From Microthyrium microscopicum (taxonomy: Eukaryota), in NCBI GenBank assembly GCA_010405405.1, contig MU004235.1:1502538-1566537 (forward strand): DNA of 64,000 bases, written 5' to 3'. The translations under genes were made by a program, and so were the position numbers. Positions 23,389 to 34,584 of this stretch are shown here, piece after piece; positions within the stretch are counted from its first letter, which is position 1; each line of letters starts with the position of its first letter. Under the pieces are notes generated by a model, which was not told where the DNA came from, did not search any database, and saw only the letters and a list, made by a program, of their open reading frames with translations.

Positions 23389-25566
23389 TCAATCACTGTC
23401 AGGTGTAGTGGGCGGGAAGAATCGAGACTTCTTGCCAGAGGCTCGAGGTTTTTCACCTTCCAGTTGCGGTGACTGAACAGCCTGCTTCAATGGAGCATGT
23501 GGCGTTATGCCCTGTTCTTGACCACCAGCGCTGTTGGTATTACTATTAGATCGCAGGAGCTCGAGCTCTTGGTCGCGTTCCCGAAGCTGACGTTCTAGCA
23601 TCACAATGTGGTGGTAGTAGCGATCGTTGTTCTGGGCGATCGATTGGTTATGATCCATGAGATTGCTGTTTTTGACCTCGAGGTCTTTCTTTTCTGCTTC
23701 AAGAGCCTTGTGGTTTGCTTCCAGATGATCCGCATAAGTAGACCATTGCTCATGCGCATTGGTCATTTCAGCAAGAGCTTTCTCGGCATCCTCTTTCTCG
23801 TAGCGAAGCTCGCCGATCAACTGCGCTTGTAGATGGACCTTATTTTCAGTGTGAACGTAATGATTCAAGTCATCGGCAATGCGCTCATGCTTCTCAAAGT
23901 CGCGGCAGTGCTTAGCCAATTCCTTCCAGACATCATCAACATCAGTTTTCATCGGACCCATGAAATCTTGCGCGATATTTTCGATGTTTTGCATGACACG
24001 ATGCACCTGATCATCGATCTTCGCGGGAAAATTATGCAGAGTTTTCGCATAGAAGTGGAGAGCATCTAGCTTTTCATCTGCGCCCTCGTCGTCCTTCGCG
24101 GCGTGCTCCAGCTGCTCGATGAAATATTTCATGCGCTCCGTACACTCCTTGGCCTCATCTTGCAGAGGCATGAAGATGTTATGACCAACATAAAGGCAGA
24201 AACGAGTTTGGCTCAGCTGATTTCGAGTGTCTGTAAGTTGAGCGAGGAGTGGCTTGTTCAAGCGCATTTGCTGGGCAGTCTCTTTCATGGCCTGTCGAAG
24301 CAGGAATGGATATTCAGAGCCAAGGTTGTCAAGTCGATAGCGAAGGATGCTCATTTCCTTGACCTTTTGTTCCAAAGCCAATTGATGGTCATTCATATTG
24401 CTAATGATTTGCATCTTTTCCTCGATATCAGGATTACAATGCGTCTCAACAAGGCCCTTCTGAAAGCGGACATCATCTTTGAGCTTGGTGATTTGCTTGT
24501 AGGCGAGTTGATTGATTCGCTCAATTTTATCCTCGTAGTCCCGTTTGAGCTGCTCACGCTTGTCCTTGGCTTTCTTTTTCTCAATATTGATGTCGCGAAT
24601 CTTGTTGGACGTCAACTTCTGGTGCTGCTCGGCCAACTGTTCCACAAGTTGCTCTTCATGCTGACGTTGCAGCTCCGCGATCTCATTGTCGTGTTCACCC
24701 CGCGATATCGAATTGCTTCCAGCAGAGGGACCACTATTGTAGCCACTGTCGTCGGAGTTCGAGCGCTGATGACGAGATCTATATATGTGTGGGATCATAA
24801 ATCCCATTTCAGGAAAATCGAGGTATCCCAATTCCTCAGCAATCGCGTCGTCCTGTACGCTAGGTATGACGTCCCCATGGGTTTGGGTTGAGGGACCTCC
24901 GAACGGGAATCCGAGTTCTGGAGAATAGAAGGACGTCGGTTCCTCGGCAGGCCCATCGTCATTTGCAGAAAGGGAGACTTTTATAGTGGGCGGTGCCTCA
25001 TGAGTGGTCTCAGTGGAAGTGGCAGAAGATGTTGGGGCAGACTTGCTTGCGGAAGCCAGTGCCGCCCGGAGAAGATCCATGGGAGTGGATGGCGCAGTCT
25101 GGACTGCCGTAACAGGCAATGTTGCTTCTACGATAGTCGCGGACGACAAAATCGCAGGAGTAGGCAGTGTCGCAGGAGTAGACTCAACTGTCACTACAGA
25201 TGTACTCGATTGCACCGCGACTACGGAAGCAACATTCGTATTCGATTCCATGGCAGCATACAGAAAGAGGAGGCACATCAGGAGCGATAAAGCCGCATCG
25301 TGGTAGTCGTGGCTCATGACTAGGGCTGCCAAGAGCGATATCAGGAATGGGCGCCACTTGGAGTCGCCATCTTCGGGTCCCTCATCCTTTGCCAAAGTCT
25401 GAGTGTCGCGCAATTGACGCGAAGGGGAGTCGGCACGCAAGTAGGCGTTCAGGAGTGTTGGTGCTCGGAGAACAAGGAAAGATGCGATCAATGACAAAGC
25501 GGCATCTCGATAGCAGCGGCTCATGACCACGGCCACGACGAGCCACACGATGAAAAGACCCGACAT
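23389..25566 (-). CDS. Orphan coiled-coil protein with duplicated hydrophobic hairpin and DSGYNS motif (family member B)
   Basis: Intronless 725 aa ORF. Two copies of hydrophobic-VMSxxYxDAALSL-hydrophobic, then a Ser/Thr-rich linker, SDDSGYNS and a coiled coil. Confidence 0.75.
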   Translation of the reverse strand: MSGLFIVWLVVAVVMSRCYRDAALSLIASFLVLRAPTLLNAYLRADSPSRQLRDTQTLAKDEGPEDGDSKWRPFLISLLAALVMSHDYHDAALSLLMCLLFLYAAMESNTNVASVVAVQSSTSVVTVESTPATLPTPAILSSATIVEATLPVTAVQTAPSTPMDLLRAALASASKSAPTSSATSTETTHEAPPTIKVSLSANDDGPAEEPTSFYSPELGFPFGGPSTQTHGDVIPSVQDDAIAEELGYLDFPEMGFMIPHIYRSRHQRSNSDDSGYNSGPSAGSNSISRGEHDNEIAELQRQHEEQLVEQLAEQHQKLTSNKIRDINIEKKKAKDKREQLKRDYEDKIERINQLAYKQITKLKDDVRFQKGLVETHCNPDIEEKMQIISNMNDHQLALEQKVKEMSILRYRLDNLGSEYPFLLRQAMKETAQQMRLNKPLLAQLTDTRNQLSQTRFCLYVGHNIFMPLQDEAKECTERMKYFIEQLEHAAKDDEGADEKLDALHFYAKTLHNFPAKIDDQVHRVMQNIENIAQDFMGPMKTDVDDVWKELAKHCRDFEKHERIADDLNHYVHTENKVHLQAQLIGELRYEKEDAEKALAEMTNAHEQWSTYADHLEANHKALEAEKKDLEVKNSNLMDHNQSIAQNNDRYYHHIVMLERQLRERDQELELLRSNSNTNSAGGQEQGITPHAPLKQAVQSPQLEGEKPRASGKKSRFFPPTTPDSD

Positions 25567-27599
25567 TGCAGAGAACAGTAGTAACGTAGTTGGTGGTTAA
25601 GTGCGAGCCAATGATTAGAGGCGCTTTAGGAGAAGATGTTGGTGCGGTGGGTTCCTCGTTGCGAAAATGGGTAGATGAAAAGGTTGGTCGAGTGCGTGTG
25701 ATTAGTGTTGCTTTTTGGAGCACGAGGATTTGAGGGTTGGAGTGGTGTGTTAAAGTTGAGGTTTGAAGGAGAAGATGGTCTGGTGGGTTCGAGGTTATGC
25801 TGGTTTTCTCCCAAAGAGTGACTCTTGCTGTAGTGAAGTTCAAGCATGAGGTGGACTGATTTGGATACATTGGAGGGGTCAATGGGATTCCATATTGAAG
25901 GTGATCCTTATATATAAACTAAGTTGATAAGGACTTACTTGAACTATGAAGAAGAGACCTCCTCCGTAGTCTCCAGACGAAATGAAGTTACAAACACTGC
26001 TATCTACGATATGTAGTCTATGAGCAGTCCATTTCTCTTGCAAGTTTTCCCAGTGAGTTTCGGAACAGATCAAAATGGTCTCAAGCGCAGTCGGACATCC
26101 AAAGTACATGATAAGCTTCTCAATTGCTCGTTGCCTGTTGTAAAGTATTCACGCAGAGTTGGCTTGTTTGCGGGCCCCGGGACGCCATGGGATATAACTT
26201 GATGGTTTGCTTGTCCACCTGAGCTTTGTGACAAGATGGTTGGACTGTAAGGTTCAACGGCATGGCAAAATAAATGACACGCTCCCATCGAAGACGATAG
26301 GTACTACAAACGTTGTTAGGTAAAAGGGGCTATTCCTCCTATTATATTTGATACAATTTGTGACTCTGAACAGCCTTACGGTAAATAGAGCACTCGATAA
26401 AAGAGCGTAGCGTGTGCAAGCTAACGAGGTTGATGGGAGCGCGCAAATTATCTCGTCGACCTGTTGAAGGGTATGATTGTTAATCATTCGAGGGAGCAGG
26501 TACTTTCCAAATATCTGCTCCGGTATCCGATGAGCCAGAGCTAGTTGACATGCTGTGCGAAAAGGGAGCGCTCGAGTAGGTAGTTACTATCAAGACGGAA
26601 ACGATTTCCATGGCCGAGCTCCACCTCAATGGCCTTGAGCTTTTTCAATCGGGACAACAATGAAGAAGCAGTAGCTTAGTTTTACTTGTTGAATGCCTGT
26701 ATTCGCTTGTTAGAGACTGTCATCGGTCGACTTTCTGGCTACAGTGATACCGAAGTATTTGCAGAAACGGACCTTTCTATCTTTGGATATTATGCAGGAC
26801 TATTACATAATACTACATTGAGTATGAAAATCTCTTGGATTAAATCTCTATCCTGAGAATGTGCTTGGAATGGCCATGGATATCATACATCTACTTCGTA
26901 TATTGCTTTGAGTCTATTGCGAGTTTTGTCGTGCGGTGAAAAAATTGTCAATCAGCTACTGGGCACAACACTGGCCATCATCTCAACATCTAGAACTTGC
27001 CTTCTTCGACTTTTGATGTTGTAGTATAGTTGCGGTTTATCCATTGCAAATTGACTATTCTCTAGGAGATATGATGTTCACCTCGAAATTAAGCGCATTG
27101 CAATAGCACCTCTAAGAGTAGTCACCCAAGCTGTCACTTCCTCCTAAGGGAGAAGCTCTTTCCACGGCAAATTTGGAGGCTACCTTGAATACGAGCCTTT
27201 TTAAGAAGGTCCCAGTCTAAATGTAGTCACTCTGGGAGCAGTCACTGCTCGGGATCAACGCAACGTAATGTAAACATTAGAACCATCTCTTTAGACTCGT
27301 TCAACCTCTGCAGCCCACCAATTCCCTCACCACAAGGTCTACTCTCTTGTTCAAATCAATTCAAACTCCATCCTCCCTATCGCATCAGTGCAAACTACAT
27401 CTCTTCTATCACATCATTTAAAACTACAAATCTCCATCAACGATACTAGCTCTTGCTAATTTGCAGCAATCATCATCACCATCAATTGTCGTAGTCCATT
27501 ACCATCACCTACCTCTATCGCTTACCCTCCTCGTCAACTCCGAGCGACATCGGTAAATACTCTATACGACGGGTCCTTCTTCCTCGTCTTCCGAGCATT

Positions 27600-29255
27600 A
27601 TGCCCAAGCCATCAGCCGTTAAAGCAACTCAAGTCCACGATAATATGTCCGCCTCATTCCTTGTTCTGCTCCTAGTAGCCACCGTCATGAGCAAGAACCA
27701 CCTCCAAGCAGCACTTTTGGCAATCATCGCGCTCCTTGCCCTGCTCTACATGGTATTGAGCGCGTCACCCAAGGCTACTTCTCCTCCAGTCGATTCGAAA
27801 CCTTCCTCGCCAGAATCCGATGCAAAGCCCCCATCTTCTGTATCGAATAACGCGGCCACCGATTCAACTCCTTCACCCGGGTCTGGTAAGGCAGTCATCG
27901 ACCCGGACCTCTACTGGTATGCCAATCCGTATAGCGAGTACTACAACTTCGACACTCCGCTGCCCAAACTGGAAGATAAAGATAGCAAGCACTCTCGGTC
28001 TGGCTCGAACGACAGTGGTTATAAAAGCGAGGACGACAAGCCAGTGCTTGGTGTTGATGTCATAAGCTTTCAGGACCATTTGAATGCCATGGAGGAGCAG
28101 CGTAACGAGACCTCGACTCTTACTGAGGAGCTCGAAACTCGAGTCCACGCACTCGAGCAAGAGCTGCAAGAGGAGCGTGCTAACACTGAGAAGGGTGAGC
28201 GAAACCAAGTTGTTTTGCGAAAGAGCCATAATAAGCTCATCAGCGAACATCGTCTCTTGAAGAAAGAGTTTAGAGCTTCGCAGATGTCAACCTTCCAGTT
28301 GAAGAAGGACCTTGAAGCTATGGAATATAAGTGGAAGGGGGAACTCGAAGCTAAGAATCTTGAACTTGAGCAAAATCTTGGAGCCGAAGAGCAGGACTTT
28401 AACAAAGAACTTGAAGCTGCAAAGACTCTCTCGAATTCCTTACTGAGAGCTACTGCAGCTGCAAATTCAAAGCTCATGAAGCAGAAGGACCAAATGGCTG
28501 AATACTCCAAGGCCAAAGATGCCTCAGAGCGCGAGCTCAGCCGAGCCAATGCAGCAATTGAGCTGCTTCAAAAACAAAACAATCTTGCTCATTCGGAGTA
28601 CTATACTCTCCATGGCACAGCGCTTGAGAAGGAGCGAATTATCCATCATCTCAATGCTAAAATCGTCGAACACCAAGCTTCCAAAGCACAACTCGAGACC
28701 TCCTTGAAAGAGCTTTCGAACGAGTATGCAAAACTTCTTCACTCAGCCCGAGATGAATCGCTGGTTGTCAAAAAGAAGGACAAGTGGCTCGTAGAGGGAA
28801 AGACAATGCTTAGCGAGAAGGGTGTGCTAGCTGGAAGTTCTCTCCTTGCCGGCTTTCAACGTAACCAACTCCGCGATGAGAACGACCTTCTTCGCATGGC
28901 GAACTCGTGGCCTCCATACCCATCCACGTTTTATGAACCTACTCTGGAACCAGAACACGTTGCTACTCCGCCAAATCTCTTGCCTTTCGACCCTGTTTCA
29001 TTCCAAGAGGGATTCCACGCACAACTTGCACTTCCACCGCAAGTAGATCTCTTGCAAAAGTTGCATCGAGTTGTCGACTCCGAAGAACTATCTCTTCAAC
29101 ATGAAGTGCTCATGTCCCCAGCCAAGTTCGTACCAAAAGAAGAGTTCCTAAAGCAGAATGATGTCTTCCTTGACTCGCCTCCCAAGAAAATTCCTGCTCA
29201 TGGCAAAGGCAAAGCATACCAGCTGCCAACTCCCCCCCCATGGCCCATGTCTTGA
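27600..29255 (+). CDS. Orphan coiled-coil protein with hydrophobic hairpin and DSGYKS motif (family member C)
   Basis: Intronless 551 aa ORF: FLVLLLVATVMSKNHLQAALLAIIALLALLY, SGSNDSGYKSEDDK, coiled coil. Confidence 0.75.
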   Translation: MPKPSAVKATQVHDNMSASFLVLLLVATVMSKNHLQAALLAIIALLALLYMVLSASPKATSPPVDSKPSSPESDAKPPSSVSNNAATDSTPSPGSGKAVIDPDLYWYANPYSEYYNFDTPLPKLEDKDSKHSRSGSNDSGYKSEDDKPVLGVDVISFQDHLNAMEEQRNETSTLTEELETRVHALEQELQEERANTEKGERNQVVLRKSHNKLISEHRLLKKEFRASQMSTFQLKKDLEAMEYKWKGELEAKNLELEQNLGAEEQDFNKELEAAKTLSNSLLRATAAANSKLMKQKDQMAEYSKAKDASERELSRANAAIELLQKQNNLAHSEYYTLHGTALEKERIIHHLNAKIVEHQASKAQLETSLKELSNEYAKLLHSARDESLVVKKKDKWLVEGKTMLSEKGVLAGSSLLAGFQRNQLRDENDLLRMANSWPPYPSTFYEPTLEPEHVATPPNLLPFDPVSFQEGFHAQLALPPQVDLLQKLHRVVDSEELSLQHEVLMSPAKFVPKEEFLKQNDVFLDSPPKKIPAHGKGKAYQLPTPPPWPMS

Positions 29256-30824
29256 GCAATCTGCTCGATGTGTATTGAGGCGCTCTACAACCTTCATGAG
29301 CTCTTCCTGGCCGGATTTGATCGAAAAGAAACTAATATAGATAAATCGCGTTTTGAACCGTCAAAGCCCCTGACCGAGTGCGATGTACCACCGGCAGTAC
29401 GGCGAGGATATACCAGAATTGAAAGCTCGGCTGCACGAATAATTTCTAGGGGAGAACGACGTCTTCTAGGACTCGCCTGATAAGCAAATTTCACTTGGTG
29501 ACAATAACGATCTTGACGCATCGTGTAGTCCGCAATTCGCATGCCGCATCTTATTGTCTCTCCAGCAGACTATAGGTGTTGACGCTGGCAACTAAGACGA
29601 AAATGGCTCCAATCATGTCGATTCTGGCAAAAAGAGTTTTGAAGAGGAGGATCATGATGAGGATGACCACGATCCTCCTTCAGAACTCGTACATATCATG
29701 TGGAGAGAGGATCTCCGTTGCTGGCTACGCACACGACGCGGGAGACGATGGTTTACCAGCTCTATTTTCTCAATTACCCTGTCGATCCATGCTTGGTCGA
29801 CTTTGGTTTCAGATACTATATACCAAGATGCTGTCCGAAAGTCTAGGTCCTGACCCCGGATGAGTAATTACAGAATATTTCTCCTGGTTAGAATCGAATG
29901 GGAAGTTATGATATAGAAGGGGGACTGTGCGAAACCAGGAGGAAGTTGTTTGGATACCCCATCACTTAGACTACATCTATAAATGCATATATACCTCCCC
30001 AATACCCATAGTTTTGGCGTGATCGTGAGATTAAAGCTGCTCGAGAACCTAAGAAAAGAGGCAGGTCATATGCTAAATGATGACTTGATTGAATACAAAA
30101 GGCAAATATCAATTGGAGCTTGTATGCCAACGCCTGAAATCCAATATCTAATATTGCTCATTTGAAATGCCAATCTCGTTCTGACATTTGTTGGCTTCTA
30201 GGTATCCCAAATGTCTCACTCGTGTTGCATCTGCAATAATTGATATGAAAGATGGGTTGATAGCGAAGAGACTTGCGAGACTGGCGTCTATTTTCGTCGG
30301 CAAAGATCAATTCCTCGTCTGACACTGGGGTTTTGCTCAGAATTTTGGACTCAAATCGCCCAGAATACGGCTTTAGGATGTAGTCTAGCCATATCGCGGT
30401 CTGAGGTGCTTGTTCCCGGAGAGATACTCCATATACACCTCGACAATGATCCCACTGGAGGAGCAGTCACTCCTTGGGAGCAACACCCAGCAACACAAAC
30501 ATTATAAACATTTCCTCCTAGACCCCTCCGACCTGTTAGACCTCTGTTCTATCATATCACACTCCACGCGCTTCCAGATAATTATTTCCAATTTCCCAAT
30601 TCGAGCCACATCGCTACAAATCAATCTCTGCTTGCTATACAACAGCTCGCCTCCAAAACCCACCGATTTGCCATCAGTAAGGTATCTATCAATCAAAAGC
30701 TTTTGCATATTAGATTTACATTTCGATCACGCTAGTTTCAAGATTTCGTCATTATCCATGGTAGTCGAAAATTGCTTCTGCTCTTTATGAGTTTACTAAC
30801 CTCCCCCAGAAACTCCACAAACCG

Positions 30825-31967
30825 ATGCCTCAACCAAAACAGAAAATTCAAACGTCACAAGCACCTCGACCCTCGAAATGGCGATCACTCTGCAATAAAG
30901 CCGCGTTACTCCTACGGCTGAAACCAAAGAGTAGAAATCCCCAAGAGTCGCGGCCTGCAATCAACCACGAGTCCAGTCCTCTGGTACCACAGCAGCCAGT
31001 AAATCCTGCGGTCGGGAATCAACAAAGTCCAGAACCTGGCACTCCAGTCCGGCAACAAACCAAATCTCCATCACCAGACAAAGGCAGTCCCGACTTCAGT
31101 TATGCGGAATCACTACACATTGCGCGGAAGCGTCCAGCCACAAATGGGGGAGTCCAAGTCAATTCCAAATCCTCTCCAGATGCGGAAGCCGATGACACCG
31201 TAATATGGACCCAGCAATCTCCAGAACATCAACTTGAATCACCAACAAAACCCCAGTCAGTGGCAAACCATATGATGCGAAATTCCACATACCGAGAAAA
31301 GATGCTACAATTCCTCAAGGCCCGCATATTCAGTGGCAACGAACGCAAGCAGCGCCACGACGAGACAGTATACCTCCAACAGCAATCAATAACTAAGCTC
31401 CAAGCTAGCTTGGAAGCCGCAACTATCAAAGTCGATGGCTTACAAACCGATCTTGATATCAAGAATAGACGAATCAGCCGACTTCAAATGATAGAGGTCA
31501 AGTGTAACTCCAAAATCGTGGAGTTGAAGTCGAAGCTGCTTGCCAAAGAAAAGCAAATGGCGAGGCAAGCAACTCAAAGTCAAGCAGCCCAAGATCACAC
31601 TGCACGGCCCGCTGATGCGGACGATGCATACCGGAATGCAATACTGGAACTTCAGCGGGTCAAGCAGGAAGTGCTAAGATTGGAAATTGAAAACAATGAT
31701 ATGCGGCAGAAACTGGCTTGGAATCCAATCTCCAACTTCATAGAATTCGGTGGGTATCCTTCTGGTGGACGGGTTAGGACTGTTCCAGTTCAAGTTTTGT
31801 TTGATGATCGAGAGGCGAGCCCGACGTCGTCGATGCGAGAGCTGCCGCAGATTCCGGTTCATGATGGAGAGATGAGTACGATGTCGCCGTTGAGGGAGGT
31901 TCCACAGATACGCAATCATGAAGTACAAGATCGAGAAGAAGATGTTTTTGGGGAGGAATGCTTTTAG
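30825..31967 (+). CDS. Orphan protein: Pro/Ser/Gln-rich N-half and coiled-coil C-half
   Basis: 380 aa ORF preceded by a probable 5' UTR intron (gtaagg ~30677 to tactaac..cag 30809). Heptad-rich segment LQQQSITKLQASLEAA...LELQRVKQEVLRLEIEN. Confidence 0.7.
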   Translation: MPQPKQKIQTSQAPRPSKWRSLCNKAALLLRLKPKSRNPQESRPAINHESSPLVPQQPVNPAVGNQQSPEPGTPVRQQTKSPSPDKGSPDFSYAESLHIARKRPATNGGVQVNSKSSPDAEADDTVIWTQQSPEHQLESPTKPQSVANHMMRNSTYREKMLQFLKARIFSGNERKQRHDETVYLQQQSITKLQASLEAATIKVDGLQTDLDIKNRRISRLQMIEVKCNSKIVELKSKLLAKEKQMARQATQSQAAQDHTARPADADDAYRNAILELQRVKQEVLRLEIENNDMRQKLAWNPISNFIEFGGYPSGGRVRTVPVQVLFDDREASPTSSMRELPQIPVHDGEMSTMSPLREVPQIRNHEVQDREEDVFGEECF

Positions 31968-32575
31968 TATAATGGGTCAGTTGTTGTGAGATTGAGAGAC
32001 GGGATAATTTTGGCTAGCTCGTCAAGTTTTATTCGGACGGGCTTATGCATGCTTGACGGTATAGACTCCATATATCATTTTCATCAATATGATTATCATT
32101 TTGTTTGTAGCGAGAACTCTGCCTTTCGACGGTATCTGTGGCCTTGCGATACCCTTTTATACATCTGCAGTGCACCGATCTGCCCCAAACGATGATGGTC
32201 ACTCGCCCAAACGGGTACTGCGTTATACATATTGCTCTTTGTGGTTGTTAAATGATGATTCCTCTTCATTGCCGATGGGGAGACGTTAGAGAAAAGGCAA
32301 AGAATTGATTGGAAACTCTATAAGGCTGCAGCCTTGCTTACGTAACAGAAACGCCACTTGGTCGGGTTCCATCTCCACGATGATTGGCTGATCAGTCCGT
32401 CGCCTCTTATGCGCGATCCTTCGCCATCCATTAAACGTGCAACAATAACAAGGGTGGCTATATCATTGAGACGTGTCCTTTTGATCAGGCTGTAACCTTT
32501 CTTAAATAGTTCGGTGTTGTCAGGTTGTTGGGCTTTAGATCATCCAGAGCGTGAGCTCCCCAACCACCCCAAACC

Positions 32576-33578
32576 ATGAAGCTTACTAAATTGCCACCTA
32601 GCCTATGGGCATTATTTACATTATCTTTATTCTCTTCTACAGCAATGGCATTTGGCAGCGCGAATAACAAAGTGTTGTTGAAAAATGTACAATCTCTTAC
32701 TCTACGCGATGGAAAGATGACGACGCATCGACGCGTGGGCGCAGTACCACAGGTATGGTAATATCTCAATTCGCGAAGCAGCAAGCTGATACATTTTCTA
32801 GCTCAAATGCGTGGGAGGCAATGGCTGCAAATACTATAAAGTTGACGTTATGCGTTGTCAAAACGCGGGCGTGGACTACTCAGAGCACGACATCCAATGG
32901 ACGTGTCAAGCCAGTGTCCCAGAAGAATTTAAACTTGGTTCCACGGACGTCAAATGTGAAGGCTACACCAACTCGAAAGATCCATTTATCTTGAAAGGCA
33001 GCTGTGGTGTCGAATATCGACTACTGCTCACCAGCAAAGGCATGGAGAAGTTTGGCGGCGGGAGAGCAGCGAAATCATCGTCTTCGTATGGTGAAGATTC
33101 TGGGAATTCCGAAAAGCCAAGCCAAGTTTTCGTCATTTTATTCTGGTCTGCCTTCGCAGCTATTATCTTCTTCATGCTCCGGTCCTGGTGGAGAAACCTT
33201 GGAAACCAACCCGCCCGCCCGCGCAACAACCAGCCTCGTCGACCGCCATGGGACGGATGGGGCGGTGGAGGACCAGGTTTCGGTGGTGGGGGACCAGATG
33301 ATCCACCACCGCCGTATTCGCCATTCCCTGGGAAGACACGTGCTGCTCAACAGCAACAGCAACAAGCTGGGTGGAGGCCTGGTTTCTGGTCTGGTATGGC
33401 GGGAGGAGCTGCAGCAGGTTATATGGCGGGTGGGCGAGGGACTAGACAAGAACAGGGACGATATCGGGACAACTCGTTCCTACGAAGACCAAATGATTAT
33501 AACGATGATCCAGGTGAGGGAAGCAGTTCTACAACTTTTCATCAGACGACTGGATTTGGAGGGACTAGTAATCGGTGA
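32576..33578 (+). CDS. SARAF/TMEM66-like protein (DUF1183); 2 exons
   Basis: Signal peptide, VLLKNVQSLTLRDGKMTTHRRVGAVPQ|LKCVGG, DVMRCQNAG...DIQWTCQA...FKLGSTDVKCEGY...DPFILKGSCGVEYRL, one TM helix, PPPPYS, C-terminal TGFGGTSNR. Intron 32753-32801. Confidence 0.92.
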
Positions 33579-34584
33579 TTTCGGTATAGACAATAGTTCG
33601 ATACCCAAAGATATACTTCTGACCATGAACGAAGTCTAATGCATATCATTGTGGAGATTTTATGAATTGTCCCAACTTCATTTCGAGAGTGACTGATCCG
33701 AGGAACTACTCTTAGACCAAAGGAATCATGACAACATGTTTGTCGAAATCCGTATCGCAGGCGATTTCTTCTCGCACTGAAAATGCCCTTCGTCGTGCTT
33801 CTCCCAACATGGTCGATATACCTGAGTTATGATCTGACGTTGTGATTTTCGAGAACCGATTTCATAAGCTACTGGTAGGTAACGAAGCGCTTTCTTATAC
33901 TTACCTAGGTAATTTCGACAAGGATAAAAAAGACCTCTCCTCGTATATCATGCAATTTTCAAGAGCGTTTCCACGTCCGCAAGATTAGTAAGCCAGGCTG
34001 ACGACAAGGCTGAACGGGTCAACACTAAACTTCCAACGTGGAAGAACATCATGCATGCACAGCCTGATAGAATGAAACGATTTGTCACATCCCGCAAACA
34101 ATGTCAACTTCCAGCTTTCGCTCCGCAATTGAAACTTACAACTGCAATGTCAAGAACATAAACACGCTAACAACCACAGCCAAGAAATCCAGACTACTTA
34201 GCCCGCATCCCTTTAAATAAGTGGATATCCGCCAAGTTATATAGACCCTTGGCCTCTCGATTAAAAGACTTCAACTTGCTTCAGACTGGTTGACATTCAA
34301 CGTTAGCGAGGTACGATGTTGGCTGGCCAAACCTAGAGGGTCTCTTGATCGCTATTTATGTCCCACTAATGTGCTACTAATTCGGAGTGGCCGCTTTGCC
34401 GTTTGGAAGTTCGGAAGATAGTCCGTAGCAGAAATTGCTTCTAGAGCTAACGGGCAGGAAGTTACTCCGAAGAATGAGATATGTGGGAGCCATGCCCGTG
34501 TCTTTGCTCAAGTCCTCAAACGAGTCTCCTACAACTTCCCTCCAAAATACTACACTTACATCTTAGCATCATAATCTATACGAA

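Noticed and set aside
24103..24891. 262 aa plus-strand Leu-rich ORF, and similar ones such as 42062-42670, 19378-19935 and 55608-56153
   Set aside because: Antisense to well-supported genes; the composition is what reverse-complemented coding sequence gives.
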